DNA of 64,000 nucleotides from a virus (lineage: Duplodnaviria; Caudoviricetes): the IMG/VR virus record IMGVR_UViG_3300028833_000058, one strand, 5' to 3'. The position numbers were made by a program, and so were the translations under genes. Below, in pieces: positions 1-9,601 of this stretch. Every line of letters begins with the position of its first letter. The first letter of the stretch is position 1. Under the pieces are notes generated by a model. The model was not told the origin of the DNA, did no database searches, and worked only from the letters and a program-made list of their open reading frames with translations.

Positions 1-276
1 CTCTACAATATACGGTGCAGCTATAATAAACGCTAACTGCTTTTGATTAGGAATAAACGTTATAATTAAAGAAAGTATACAACCAAGAATAAAAGATAAT
101 TTAATTGCTCTAAAATCTGACTCTTTATCTTCATCTTCATCTTTTTCTTTAATTAACGTATTTTCATCTTCAGCAGTTGCGATAAAACCAATCACAGCAA
201 ACAGAAATAAAAACGCTATTACAACGCCAAGCAGTGTTTTAATGTTAGGTAGCATAGCAAACAAATAGTATTTCAT
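1..276 (-). CDS. membrane protein, partial (runs off left edge)
   Basis: Hand-translated MKYYLFAMLPNIKTLLGVVIAFLFLFAVIGF...ILGCILSLIITFIPNQKQLAFIIAAPY; AGGAG RBS; hydrophobic segments. Confidence 0.75.
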   Translation of the reverse strand, partial: MKYYLFAMLPNIKTLLGVVIAFLFLFAVIGFIATAEDENTLIKEKDEDEDKESDFRAIKLSFILGCILSLIITFIPNQKQLAFIIAAPYIVE

Positions 277-319
277 TGTTCATCTCCTTAAAAAACGTTC
301 TTGTTAAACCATTTAGATA

Positions 320-366
320 TATTATATACAATCATAAATAAAAGTAAATTCAAAACCTTACAATTA
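320..366 (-). promoter_or_regulatory. sigma70-type early promoter with upstream TAATTGTAA element
   Basis: Minus strand TAATTGTAA..TTTACT-N16-TATAAT. Confidence 0.55.
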
Positions 367-380
367 ATCTCCCTCCTTTA

Positions 381-602
381 TTAACCATTAGGCCAACGTT
401 TTACTTTCTTTTTATCAGTATCATCTGTTATACATTCTACCGATACAACCTTAGAGCTTTCGTCAAGTTCCTCTTCAGTTTCAGGTAAATATCCACCGTC
501 TTCAATTTCACGTTTAGCTTCTGCTTTTGAATTAGCCATTATGGTGTAGGTTAATTCAACTTGTTTTGTAACAACTTCTGTTACTTTATACATTTTAGTC
601 AT
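381..602 (-). CDS. hypothetical protein
   Basis: 73 aa ORF, AAGGAG RBS. Confidence 0.75.
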   Translation of the reverse strand: MTKMYKVTEVVTKQVELTYTIMANSKAEAKREIEDGGYLPETEEELDESSKVVSVECITDDTDKKKVKRWPNG

Positions 603-615
603 TGGTTATCTCCTT

Positions 616-765
616 TCAGTATTTGTAAAATTCATCATAAATTTCTTCCCAAGATTTACCATCTCTTTTGGCCTTAGCGATAGCTTTATCTCTAGATGTG
701 CGAAGACCACTATACACAAACCAATGTGCAAAGACTATCGCAAAAATAATTTTTAGTATTATCAT
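616..765 (-). CDS. small hypothetical membrane protein (49 aa, not in ORF track)
   Basis: MIILKIIFAIVFAHWFVYSGLRTSRDKAIAKAKRDGKSWEEIYDEFYKY*, AGGAGG RBS, fills gap exactly. Confidence 0.7.
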   Translation of the reverse strand: MIILKIIFAIVFAHWFVYSGLRTSRDKAIAKAKRDGKSWEEIYDEFYKY

Positions 766-778
766 TGTCTACCTCCTT

Positions 779-1150
779 TCAAAGTAGATTTTTCATTTTG
801 TATAACACAACTAAATTTTCTAATTCAGATTTAGGAAACAAAACCTCGTTGTAATAACTATCGGATTCTGTAAATCCTAAACTTTTGAAATAACTTAATA
901 ATTTCTTTACTATTTTAAAGCGATTACTACCTTTGGCTTGTGTTACTCCAAATCTGTAAAATTTACAACCATCTGGAGATACTGTATACATCTCAAAACG
1001 AAATCTTGATGTTCTATCAAGAAATCCAAGCTGCATAGAATCTCTAAAAATCGCTTTTAAGATGTCTGTTGGTAAGACAAACTGTTCACCATTCATTTTA
1101 GCTGAAATTTCTTCATCACTCCAAATCTCATCTAGTTTTATCTTCATCAC
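779..1150 (-). CDS. hypothetical protein
   Basis: 123 aa, overlaps upstream stop, AGGAG RBS. Confidence 0.75.
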   Translation of the reverse strand: MMKIKLDEIWSDEEISAKMNGEQFVLPTDILKAIFRDSMQLGFLDRTSRFRFEMYTVSPDGCKFYRFGVTQAKGSNRFKIVKKLLSYFKSLGFTESDSYYNEVLFPKSELENLVVLYKMKNLL

Positions 1151-1920
1151 TCATCTCCTTTCACTGCTATATCATCAGGAAGTTCAATATACAACTTACC
1201 ATAAGTAGTTTTTGTTACCTTTAACCCTAATGCTTCCAACTCTCCTTTCATATCTTCACATCTCTTTTCGTTTTCACTTTTCGGTAACATATATTCTGCA
1301 AAGTCAACTTGATATACACAACTCTCTGAATATATCCAAGGTGTCTTGTTATACTTTTCGCAGACAGCTTTGATTTGATTTCCAAAAAGCTGTTCTAACA
1401 ACTGACCTTTTTTCTTTTCAAGGTCTAATTGTTTCTCTCGTTCAGTTAATTTGGTAATCTCCTGAATGTCATCTAAACGAATAAGTATTTGTTTTAACGC
1501 AATGTTATCTATACTCATATCAGGTAAAGCTGAATTGTAAAAAGATTCTATCAGGTTCCCCATACTTTCATATTTGGTTCCTGTAAGAAGTTGAAGTTCA
1601 TTTACCAAACGGCGCATATTGTAATAGTCACCCGTATCAAGTATATAATCACCATCATTGTTCATTGTGATTTGCCAAAAAGAAGTGTTATCAAACCATT
1701 CAATAACTTTCCGTGTGCAGAACATTCTATAGATATAAGGCAATTTACACACTTTTGATATACCACGCCATCTACTTTGTCTACTTGTATACACAGCTTC
1801 AAGACCACCGTTTGTATTGTAGTAAAGATAAAAAGGCTTTTTATATCTGTATATCCTAACACCTTGTTGATTAAAAACAAGTTCAGGCTTAATCTTCATT
1901 TCATCAATTTGAGCTTTCAT
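1147..1920 (-). CDS. hypothetical protein, paralog family A
   Basis: KIKPELVFNQQGVRIYRYKK N-terminus and ELEALGL C-terminus shared with four other ORFs. Confidence 0.85.
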   Translation of the reverse strand: MKAQIDEMKIKPELVFNQQGVRIYRYKKPFYLYYNTNGGLEAVYTSRQSRWRGISKVCKLPYIYRMFCTRKVIEWFDNTSFWQITMNNDGDYILDTGDYYNMRRLVNELQLLTGTKYESMGNLIESFYNSALPDMSIDNIALKQILIRLDDIQEITKLTEREKQLDLEKKKGQLLEQLFGNQIKAVCEKYNKTPWIYSESCVYQVDFAEYMLPKSENEKRCEDMKGELEALGLKVTKTTYGKLYIELPDDIAVKGDE

Positions 1921-2740
1921 CTCTGTTCTCCTTTACAATGTCTTCTTTAAGTCTAATGTTTCTTACAAGCGTTAAACGACAAATACTCTTTTTAATCTCA
2001 TTTTCGTCAATCTCACCAGTAAACCCTAGTTCGTCTAACTCTTTCATTAAAGTATCTTCAATGAGTTTATGAGCAAAATTATATATAGCAATGTTAATAT
2101 CACCTCTAGTGTAATATCCTGTGCTCAAATATGTTTTACCATTATCAAACTCTGAAGTAACTAATCCGTGTTTATTAGCTATATTATTGATTGCATTATA
2201 AAAATAAGTATTTATAAACTTATCTTTATTTTGTTTAAGTTGTTCCTCCTTTTCTGTATCAGTAAAATCAAAAAGTTCTACGAATTTACTTGTGTCGTAA
2301 AACTCTCTGCCACCTCCATCAGTTTTAACTGTAGCGTTACGATAGTTTATAACATCACCTTGAACGAATACAAATTTACTGAGGTCATAGCCTGTTACTC
2401 TTTGTATAGTATCAAATGCAAACTCTCTTATACTGAGTTTACCTTCATACCAAGTAGAATAAATACCTTTCTCTAGATATTTATTCTTTACTTCGTTTTT
2501 GACTATTTCATTTACTCTATCTATTAAGTCTTTGCTCATAACTAATCTGTAGATATAATCACAGGTGAATACTCTAGGCTCATAATACTTCCTGTCACGT
2601 CTGCTTATAGTAGTATCTTCAATGTGCTTATCTTGATTAGTATAGATATAATGTAACTTCTTATATCTAAAGATTCTTAAACCGTTATTGTTAAACATTA
2701 ATTCAGGTTTAATTTTCTCCTCGTTTAGTATTGCTTTCAT
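1904..2740 (-). CDS. hypothetical protein, paralog family A
   Basis: Start moved to MKAILNEEKIKPELMF (AAGGAG RBS, aligns with paralogs). Confidence 0.85.
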   Translation of the reverse strand: MKAILNEEKIKPELMFNNNGLRIFRYKKLHYIYTNQDKHIEDTTISRRDRKYYEPRVFTCDYIYRLVMSKDLIDRVNEIVKNEVKNKYLEKGIYSTWYEGKLSIREFAFDTIQRVTGYDLSKFVFVQGDVINYRNATVKTDGGGREFYDTSKFVELFDFTDTEKEEQLKQNKDKFINTYFYNAINNIANKHGLVTSEFDNGKTYLSTGYYTRGDINIAIYNFAHKLIEDTLMKELDELGFTGEIDENEIKKSICRLTLVRNIRLKEDIVKENRDESSN

Positions 2741-3455
2741 CGGCTTTCTCCTTTTCAAATAAGTCGTCTCTAGCTTTGATGGAATAAATGGTATCAGTAA
2801 AAGCGGTTTTGATATCAAACATACTAACTTTAGTATCAAAGCCTAAATCATTTAGGTCTTTGACGATTGTATTGTTGATAAGTTTTTCAATCTCTTTGGT
2901 AAAAAAGTTATCACCATAACACCAGCTAACTAAAGCTGAACCCTTTTGAAATCCCTTAAATTCAAAACCATACTTTTCAGCAAGAGCTCTAAAAGTATTG
3001 CCGAATAAACCTTCTAGAAGTTTATCCTTATTAGCAGTTCTTTGCCTCTGAAGTTCAAGGTTAGTCAACCCAGTGTCATCGTGATAATCTGATTCTTTGT
3101 AATAGGCTAAAGAATGTACAACATCTGAAAACTTACCCCAGTCAGTAAACGTTATGTCATCATCACGCCATAAATGTTTCAAATCTCTAACCTTTTGTCC
3201 AGTAACTTTTTCAATGTTATATTCATCTGTGTTATCGTGTAAGTTATCCATACCTTCTTTACTTATACATATTCTGTAGATATAATCAGAACAACCTCTG
3301 CGTGAATATCTAAACAAATCATTTCTTTTAGTTGAAGTTTTTACTAAACCACCCCAAGCGAAATACCCAAAGTGTGGATACTTATATCTATAGAGCCTTA
3401 TACCTTTAATGTCAAATATCAGTTCAGGCTCAATGTTCTGTATCGTTACTTTCAT
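2709..3455 (-). CDS. hypothetical protein, paralog family A
   Basis: IEPELIFDIKGIRLYRYK...DYIYRI...DLNDLGF. Confidence 0.85.
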   Translation of the reverse strand: MKVTIQNIEPELIFDIKGIRLYRYKYPHFGYFAWGGLVKTSTKRNDLFRYSRRGCSDYIYRICISKEGMDNLHDNTDEYNIEKVTGQKVRDLKHLWRDDDITFTDWGKFSDVVHSLAYYKESDYHDDTGLTNLELQRQRTANKDKLLEGLFGNTFRALAEKYGFEFKGFQKGSALVSWCYGDNFFTKEIEKLINNTIVKDLNDLGFDTKVSMFDIKTAFTDTIYSIKARDDLFEKEKADESNTKRGEN

Positions 3456-3633
3456 TAGCTTTCTCCTTCTGCTCTTTAATATATTTCACTAAAGCCAATA
3501 CGCTTTCGTGAAGGTTCTTATTGAGTTCAGCTTGTTCAAGAAGTTGTTTTTTAGTTTCAAGCATATAATCTTCAAACTGTTTTTCAATTTTCTTGATTTT
3601 GTCCAACAATCTCAATTCATTTGTGCTTAACAT
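3430..3633 (-). CDS. small coiled-coil hypothetical protein
   Basis: 67 aa, helical, coupled to neighbours. Confidence 0.7.
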   Translation of the reverse strand: MLSTNELRLLDKIKKIEKQFEDYMLETKKQLLEQAELNKNLHESVLALVKYIKEQKEKANESNDTEH

Positions 3634-4244
3634 CGTAGGTCTCCTAAGAAGTCATAATCTTGTTTAATGTAATCATACACCGTGCCAAAGTCATACTCAT
3701 ATATTTTACAGAGCATACTTATTTCGTCTTTTCTAGGTTTCTGTTCAAGACATACACGCATAGCTCTGAACAACTGAAACATCTTCTTGTTGTCCTTATA
3801 CTTTTTACGTAACTCTTTATCAATACAAGTAGAGTAAGCGTTTTTAATTCGTATTATGTCTTTAGATTTTAGAGCATTAGCAAAGTCATCAACTAATGAT
3901 TCAACATCACCAGTTTCTTTGCCTTCGCTATCTCTCATTTCTACACGGTGATACATAGGCATACAGTTCCAACGATTGAAACACACACCATGACGAAAAA
4001 CTCTAGGTTGTTCATAAGTTCCGTCTTCAAAAGGTAAAGACTTTAAACTAACATCAAACGCTGTATAAACGTGTCTATTAGTTGTAACAGACCAGCCATT
4101 CCAAAGTCTTATGTATTTTCCTTCAGGTGTCATTTTAACTACATCAGTTGAATAGGACTGAAGTATTTTAGTTCCGTCACTATATGTCTTTACCCAAGCT
4201 TCCATATAGTTAACACGTTTTTTAGATACTAATTCAGCAGTCAT
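3627..4244 (-). CDS. hypothetical phage protein
   Basis: 205 aa; LQSYST...WSVTTNRH motif typical of small phage proteins. Confidence 0.8.
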   Translation of the reverse strand: MTAELVSKKRVNYMEAWVKTYSDGTKILQSYSTDVVKMTPEGKYIRLWNGWSVTTNRHVYTAFDVSLKSLPFEDGTYEQPRVFRHGVCFNRWNCMPMYHRVEMRDSEGKETGDVESLVDDFANALKSKDIIRIKNAYSTCIDKELRKKYKDNKKMFQLFRAMRVCLEQKPRKDEISMLCKIYEYDFGTVYDYIKQDYDFLGDLRC

Positions 4245-5004
4245 TGTCGTTCTCCTTCATTAACAAATCATCGCCAAGTTCAATGTTTATCATAGGTATC
4301 TTGATTGTATATTTATGATACCTATTTTCACATGTAGTTGCCTTAAGACCCAAATCTGTAAACTTCTCTATTACATTTTGTATATGTTCATTTATAATCT
4401 CTTGTATATCATCACCATCTAAATAGATACGTTTTTTATCCATCCAATGGGCTACATGCATTTTGCTATCTTTTGTAATAGCTTCTATTTGCTTTCCAAA
4501 GAGTTGTTCTACTATTTTCCGTTTTGAGCTTTCCTGTTGTAGCATTTTCTCCTTTTCACTGATAGTTATTATTTCTTTCATATCACTTTTAAGAAATATA
4601 ACTTTGTTAATGTTAATGTTTTGTTTTGTGTCATTTTCAAATTCAAAGCTACCATAACGCTCTGAAATATAATCAGCTTTAAACGTGGTCAACATCTCAA
4701 GTTGAGAAAGAAGTGTAACCTCATCATTTATACTGACTTTACCGTTAGACCATTTTGTTATGCAATTAGTTTTTTCAAGCTCATTAATAACACAATCGTC
4801 TAAATGTATTCTGTAAAAACAAGACACTTTAAACAATCTATCTGTAGTTTTAGTTCTTGGTACCCTAGTCTTATATGTATAAAACCAGTCGTTGTTATAA
4901 AAATACAGGTATAACGGTTGGTTATACCTGTATACTTCTATACCATTTTGATTAAACACAAGTTCGGATTTAATCTTTTGTTCGTCAATCTTTATAGTGG
5001 ACAT
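4234..5004 (-). CDS. hypothetical protein, paralog family A
   Basis: KIKSELVFNQNGIEVYRY...EQLFGKQI...FTDLGL. Confidence 0.85.
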   Translation of the reverse strand: MSTIKIDEQKIKSELVFNQNGIEVYRYNQPLYLYFYNNDWFYTYKTRVPRTKTTDRLFKVSCFYRIHLDDCVINELEKTNCITKWSNGKVSINDEVTLLSQLEMLTTFKADYISERYGSFEFENDTKQNININKVIFLKSDMKEIITISEKEKMLQQESSKRKIVEQLFGKQIEAITKDSKMHVAHWMDKKRIYLDGDDIQEIINEHIQNVIEKFTDLGLKATTCENRYHKYTIKIPMINIELGDDLLMKENDNDC

Positions 5005-5015
5005 TTGATTCTCCT

Positions 5016-6425
5016 TTAGTCATCATCCTCATAATCAAAGCGGTCAGCCTTGATAAGTTTCGGTGGTATGAAATTCTTGTTGTTCAACACTAACCATACA
5101 CATTTACAATAGTCAAAACGTGTTGTTGTGTCGTTATGCAATCTATCTTCAAAGTCACTGAATACTATAAGCGTATCAGGTCTTTCACTTCCATAATGTT
5201 TCTTTACCCATTCAAAGTTAGATGAAATGTCAGTTCCACCATAACTATTGAGCTTAAAGTCACCAATGATATTTCTACTCCTTTCAGTGTAGGTGACTAA
5301 TGTATCTTCGTGGACTTGAGTTGAGAAACACCAAGCGTCTATCTTGAATTGCTTAAACTGTGAAGCAATAGATAACAAGTGATTCATAAAGCAGTTTAAT
5401 TGTTTATCTGATATAGAGCCAGACGTATCAATAGCAACCGCAACCTTCAATATTTTTCTCTTGTCAGGACTTGGTAATATAAGACCTCTATATACACCAG
5501 ACCTAGCAGGTTTCTTCCAAGTGAAGTCAGCTTTAGCAAAGGACTTGATATACTTTCTTAAAGCCTGTCGCCAATTAAATCTTACAGGTTTCAATACAAA
5601 GTTCTTTAATCTCTCTAAAGCAGTTGAGTTAGATGAATAGCCAGATTCACTTAAAGCAGTTTCTATTTGTGCTTTTAAGTCACTCATTTCCATTTCATTC
5701 AACTCAACTGGCATATGCTTATCAAGTTCAATTTGTCCTTTACCTTTTCCATTACCATCTCCATCTTCAGGCTTACCTTTACCGTTAGCCTTACCTTTAC
5801 CATCACCTCCTTTAGATTTCTCTTTTGAATCGGAGTCAGTTTTGGAATTTTCGCCGTTACTTCCTTTGTCCAACATATCTTTCAAGGACTCTACAAGTTG
5901 TTGCATTTCGTCTATATTATCTTTAGACTGTTCAAGTAACTCTTTGTAGATTTCTTCAGCTGTCTTATTGATATACTTGTCATCATACAATACCCATTCA
6001 GGTTTCCTACCAATAGGACTTGAAGTTCCATTGTTTTTATTGTTATACAGCAGACTATTGATTTCATAGTCAGTTGCTATATTCCAAAGTTCGTTTAGAC
6101 ATTGACCTTTAATAGAAGTATCTTTGAAGTCTATACCAAGTGCTTTACCTCTATCCCAAGTTAAGCCAAGGATATGACTTAACTCGTGGGCAATAATAAA
6201 AGTCATTTGCTTTTTATCAATAGGGGTTTTAGCATATTGTTTGTTCTGCTCTTCAACACCAAACTCATTTATGAAGATACATTTACCATCTGTCCAAGCA
6301 CAATATGGCAAACTTGTATCATTAACCACCTTGTAACCAATTCTAGCTACAAGGTGGGCATATACTGGACAATTAAACATCATATCAATTATGCTATTGT
6401 CCACCAATTCTCGTACATTAGACAT
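5016..6425 (-). CDS. DUF2201-like metallopeptidase domain plus vWA domain protein
   Basis: AWTDG, HELSH (HExxH), WNIATDYEIN, G/K/D-rich linker, MIDAS DTSGS, GGTD, FSD. Confidence 0.85.
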   Translation of the reverse strand: MSNVRELVDNSIIDMMFNCPVYAHLVARIGYKVVNDTSLPYCAWTDGKCIFINEFGVEEQNKQYAKTPIDKKQMTFIIAHELSHILGLTWDRGKALGIDFKDTSIKGQCLNELWNIATDYEINSLLYNNKNNGTSSPIGRKPEWVLYDDKYINKTAEEIYKELLEQSKDNIDEMQQLVESLKDMLDKGSNGENSKTDSDSKEKSKGGDGKGKANGKGKPEDGDGNGKGKGQIELDKHMPVELNEMEMSDLKAQIETALSESGYSSNSTALERLKNFVLKPVRFNWRQALRKYIKSFAKADFTWKKPARSGVYRGLILPSPDKRKILKVAVAIDTSGSISDKQLNCFMNHLLSIASQFKQFKIDAWCFSTQVHEDTLVTYTERSRNIIGDFKLNSYGGTDISSNFEWVKKHYGSERPDTLIVFSDFEDRLHNDTTTRFDYCKCVWLVLNNKNFIPPKLIKADRFDYEDDD

Positions 6426-6438
6426 TGTTTTGTTCTCC

Positions 6439-7590
6439 TTAGCCTAATACAGCAGTTGCTACAAGGCTTAATAAGTCTTTAGCGTCTGCATTTAAGTTGA
6501 ATAAGTCAGGACGTTTGACTAACCTTGGTGAGTTGCACAAACGAGTTATATTCATAGCCTTGTTAGGATTACTACTTAAAGCTCTAGTTGCCTTGATAAA
6601 GTTCAAGACATACTTTCTAACTTTAGTATCATCAGGCTCTTTGTTAATGGCTTGCATACAGTTAAGTTGTACACACCAGAAAGCCATTTCATCCTCATTC
6701 TTAAAGTTCTCACCTTTCTCAAGAATAGATTGCCAAGATTGATATTTCTCACTATCCTTGATGAAGTTAAATAATCTTGAGGATAGAGCTAACCCTAATC
6801 TACCTGTGGCATAGTATTGTTTTTCCAACATTGAGAAGTTAGGTAAGGCTATCAATTTCTCAATGACTTCCCAAGAACGTGGTGTAGGTATAATGTCTGT
6901 AAAAACACCATCTTCATCAACACTACTACCAATTCTGTCCTCAAAGGCTTTGGTATCAAACAATAATGAGCTATCCTGTGTTTTAAGGAAAGCTAATACC
7001 ATAGGATTACCATCGTGAGCCATTCTGTAATTAAACCAACTGTCAAAGTCAGGTTTAACGTTAAAGTGACTAAACCTATTACAAAGAGGTAAGCTCAATT
7101 CTGTAACAGTTGAGTTATAGCAACTAGGATTAGCCGCTGCTACGATTACATACCCATCAGGTACTTTATAATCGCCTAACGCTCTATCTTGAATCAACTG
7201 GAAAGCTGCGTTCAAGATTGAAGGTTGACCTTGATTTATTTCATCAAGTAGTATTGTGCCACCCTCATAAGTGTCATCAGGCCACATAGACGGAACAGCC
7301 CAAACTGTTTTGTCCTTGCCATCAATTCTAACTGGGATAGGAATACCAACCATATCCACAGGCTCTTTCATTGACAACCGAACATCACAAACTTTCGGGT
7401 TCCAGTTCTTATGTTTGGCAACCTGTTCTTGATTCCATTGATAAACACCTTGGGATTTACCAATACCAGGTGCACCGTGAAACATAACTGAATCTTTCAA
7501 AGCTAAAGCCATATCAAGGATTCCTTTCATCCCAGGAATCTTCTCACCATCTTTAGTTTTGTTATCAATCGTAATCTGTTGTACCAACAT
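6439..7590 (-). CDS. MoxR-like AAA+ ATPase
   Basis: Walker A GAPGIGKS, Walker B ILLDE, AAAN, NRFSH, TPRSWE; adjacent to vWA gene. Confidence 0.9.
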   Translation of the reverse strand: MLVQQITIDNKTKDGEKIPGMKGILDMALALKDSVMFHGAPGIGKSQGVYQWNQEQVAKHKNWNPKVCDVRLSMKEPVDMVGIPIPVRIDGKDKTVWAVPSMWPDDTYEGGTILLDEINQGQPSILNAAFQLIQDRALGDYKVPDGYVIVAAANPSCYNSTVTELSLPLCNRFSHFNVKPDFDSWFNYRMAHDGNPMVLAFLKTQDSSLLFDTKAFEDRIGSSVDEDGVFTDIIPTPRSWEVIEKLIALPNFSMLEKQYYATGRLGLALSSRLFNFIKDSEKYQSWQSILEKGENFKNEDEMAFWCVQLNCMQAINKEPDDTKVRKYVLNFIKATRALSSNPNKAMNITRLCNSPRLVKRPDLFNLNADAKDLLSLVATAVLG

Positions 7591-7601
7591 GGTAGTTCTC
7601 C

Positions 7602-8426
7602 TTAATCAGTTGAAGTTGTTGTATCGTCATCTGTTTGTTTGGTGGTCAATTCTTCTTTGAATTTAATACCTTTGATTAAATCCCCATTGATATTAACATC
7701 ACCAGCAAACTTACCTGTCAAACCTAATTCACCTAAATCTTTGAGTATGTTATTTTCTACAAACTCTTTAACAAGGTCAGTTAGGACATTCTTTCCACTT
7801 CGCCAAGATATATTCATAACGATTTCTCCATCTTGACGAGCTTGCCAAAGTTTAACACCATATTTTTCTTCTATGGCTTCAATTTGGGCTTTCATAAGTG
7901 TAGTTATTAAATTGTATGTGTTGTCATTCCTTTCCCTTCTTTTTTCCATAGGTGATAATGTTACCACTTTCTCACCCTCTTCAAGTTTAAATAGCTCACA
8001 ACTTTGAGTTTCATTTTTAAAGTTATAAGTGCCTATCTTATCAGGCTCACCATACACATTAACAAGTCTGGTATTGTATGGTGTAGAAAATTCACTCAAA
8101 TCGTAAGGACTAGCCGCTTGGATTAACCGTTGTATTTTATCTTGGTCATACTCCCAGTTTGTATAATACTTACTCTCATTCTTTACACCAACAGCCTTTT
8201 TGATTCCTATAATGAAATCACTTGTAAAGGTCATATAGTAGTAGTATTTAAACTTCAAGCACTCTGTTTCTCGCCAACCAATAGGTGTGTGTGAACTAGT
8301 AACTCTTGTTATATGGTCAACATCATTACCTCTTTTTCCTATATACACATATTGAGTTTTCTTGACTTTGTATAGTGTCATCTGCTCATTTTGTGCAACG
8401 ATTTCAGGTTTCACTTCTTTAGTCAT
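7602..8426 (-). CDS. hypothetical protein, paralog family A (divergent)
   Basis: Start moved to MTKEVKPEIV (AAGGAG RBS); AQIEAIEEKYG...DLGELGL. Confidence 0.8.
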   Translation of the reverse strand: MTKEVKPEIVAQNEQMTLYKVKKTQYVYIGKRGNDVDHITRVTSSHTPIGWRETECLKFKYYYYMTFTSDFIIGIKKAVGVKNESKYYTNWEYDQDKIQRLIQAASPYDLSEFSTPYNTRLVNVYGEPDKIGTYNFKNETQSCELFKLEEGEKVVTLSPMEKRRERNDNTYNLITTLMKAQIEAIEEKYGVKLWQARQDGEIVMNISWRSGKNVLTDLVKEFVENNILKDLGELGLTGKFAGDVNINGDLIKGIKFKEELTTKQTDDDTTTSTD

Positions 8427-8439
8427 AGCACTTACTCCT

Positions 8440-8946
8440 TTAAAGTTCAGTTTCTTCATAAGTTATGTCAAAGTCATAGTGCTTACCATTATCACCATAG
8501 CACTTATGCCATAAGACGTGTTCCATTATCTCTGATAGCATAAACGCTTTAGAGGTAACTTTTTCAAGACTTACGCTATCTTTAGGCTCTTGAAGTTTAA
8601 GAGTATTCAGTTCATCATCTTTATAATGTTCGTCAACTATATGTATGTCATAACAGTCGCCACCGTCTAATACAAAGCAAGTATATTCATCATCATCAAC
8701 TTCAATACTTCTTTGTGCTAAGATTTTCTTACCGTATTTCTTTTCAAGTTTTATACATAAACCACCCTCAAGAAACATACACATTTCAACTGTGTCAGCA
8801 ATAGGTCTTAAATCATTTAATTCTTTTTCAAGACGTTTTTTACTAGCGTCAGACATTTCGTTAAAGTGTCTTAACATTCTGCTATAAATACCTTGACTTG
8901 GTGCAAGAGTTTTTATAGTGTCTATATACAATTCATAGTTTGTCAT
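8440..8946 (-). CDS. hypothetical protein
   Basis: 168 aa, AGGAG RBS, LAPSQG motif. Confidence 0.75.
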   Translation of the reverse strand: MTNYELYIDTIKTLAPSQGIYSRMLRHFNEMSDASKKRLEKELNDLRPIADTVEMCMFLEGGLCIKLEKKYGKKILAQRSIEVDDDEYTCFVLDGGDCYDIHIVDEHYKDDELNTLKLQEPKDSVSLEKVTSKAFMLSEIMEHVLWHKCYGDNGKHYDFDITYEETEL

Positions 8947-8967
8947 AGTCGTTACTCCTATTAGGTG

Positions 8968-9075
8968 TTACTCATCTTTACCATCGTCAACTACAAGACC
9001 AATTTGTCCTGCTTGACTTCCTCGTAAAATCACAATGATTCCACAAGCAAGTCTTGTTTCTGTTATACTACTCAT
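8968..9075 (-). CDS. 35 aa KOW-motif-like peptide or gene remnant
   Basis: MSSITETRLACGIIVILRGSQAGQIGLVVDDGKDE*, AAGGAG RBS. Confidence 0.5.
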   Translation of the reverse strand: MSSITETRLACGIIVILRGSQAGQIGLVVDDGKDE

Positions 9076-9077
9076 GA

Positions 9078-9545
9078 CTAATCTCCTTTAACTAAATCTA
9101 AATTGTCGTCAAGTTCAAGGTTATAATATGTCATAACCTCTGTGATATAATCGTCAAACCCATACTTATGTCTGTATGAGTTAGCAATAAAGATGATTTT
9201 TTTAACATCAGGTTTCGGTTCGTTGAATCTGATATGTCTTTCAAGCTCTACCGAATAAGGGTGTTCACCATACGTCTTTTGATAGTTCTCAACAAACGCA
9301 AGTATCAAAGCACCATCAGGCACATAAGGTTCTTCAATTTGTTTAGGTTGTTCCACATAGTCCTCAACTGATTCAGGATATGCCGTCATAACACAATCTT
9401 CAAATCTTAAATCAAACGCACCATGATGAGCCAAGTTTAATTGACCTGTAACTTGCTTTTCAACAATTTCAAGAGGATTATACCCTCTCGTGTCTTTAAC
9501 ATCAACTACAACATCAAAGACAAATCTTGCTTTTACTTTTACCAT
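9078..9545 (-). CDS. hypothetical protein
   Basis: Start moved to MVKVKARF (GGAG RBS; upstream ATG lies in terminator). Confidence 0.75.
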   Translation of the reverse strand: MVKVKARFVFDVVVDVKDTRGYNPLEIVEKQVTGQLNLAHHGAFDLRFEDCVMTAYPESVEDYVEQPKQIEEPYVPDGALILAFVENYQKTYGEHPYSVELERHIRFNEPKPDVKKIIFIANSYRHKYGFDDYITEVMTYYNLELDDNLDLVKGD

Positions 9546-9559
9546 TGTCGTTACTCCAT

Positions 9560-9591
9560 AAAAAGAGCCTACCATATTTCAGATAGGCTCT
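9560..9591 (-). terminator. intrinsic terminator after ardC
   Basis: AGAGCCTA/TAGGCTCT stem followed by T-run on minus strand. Confidence 0.7.
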
Positions 9592-9601
9592 GCGTTTGTC
9601 A

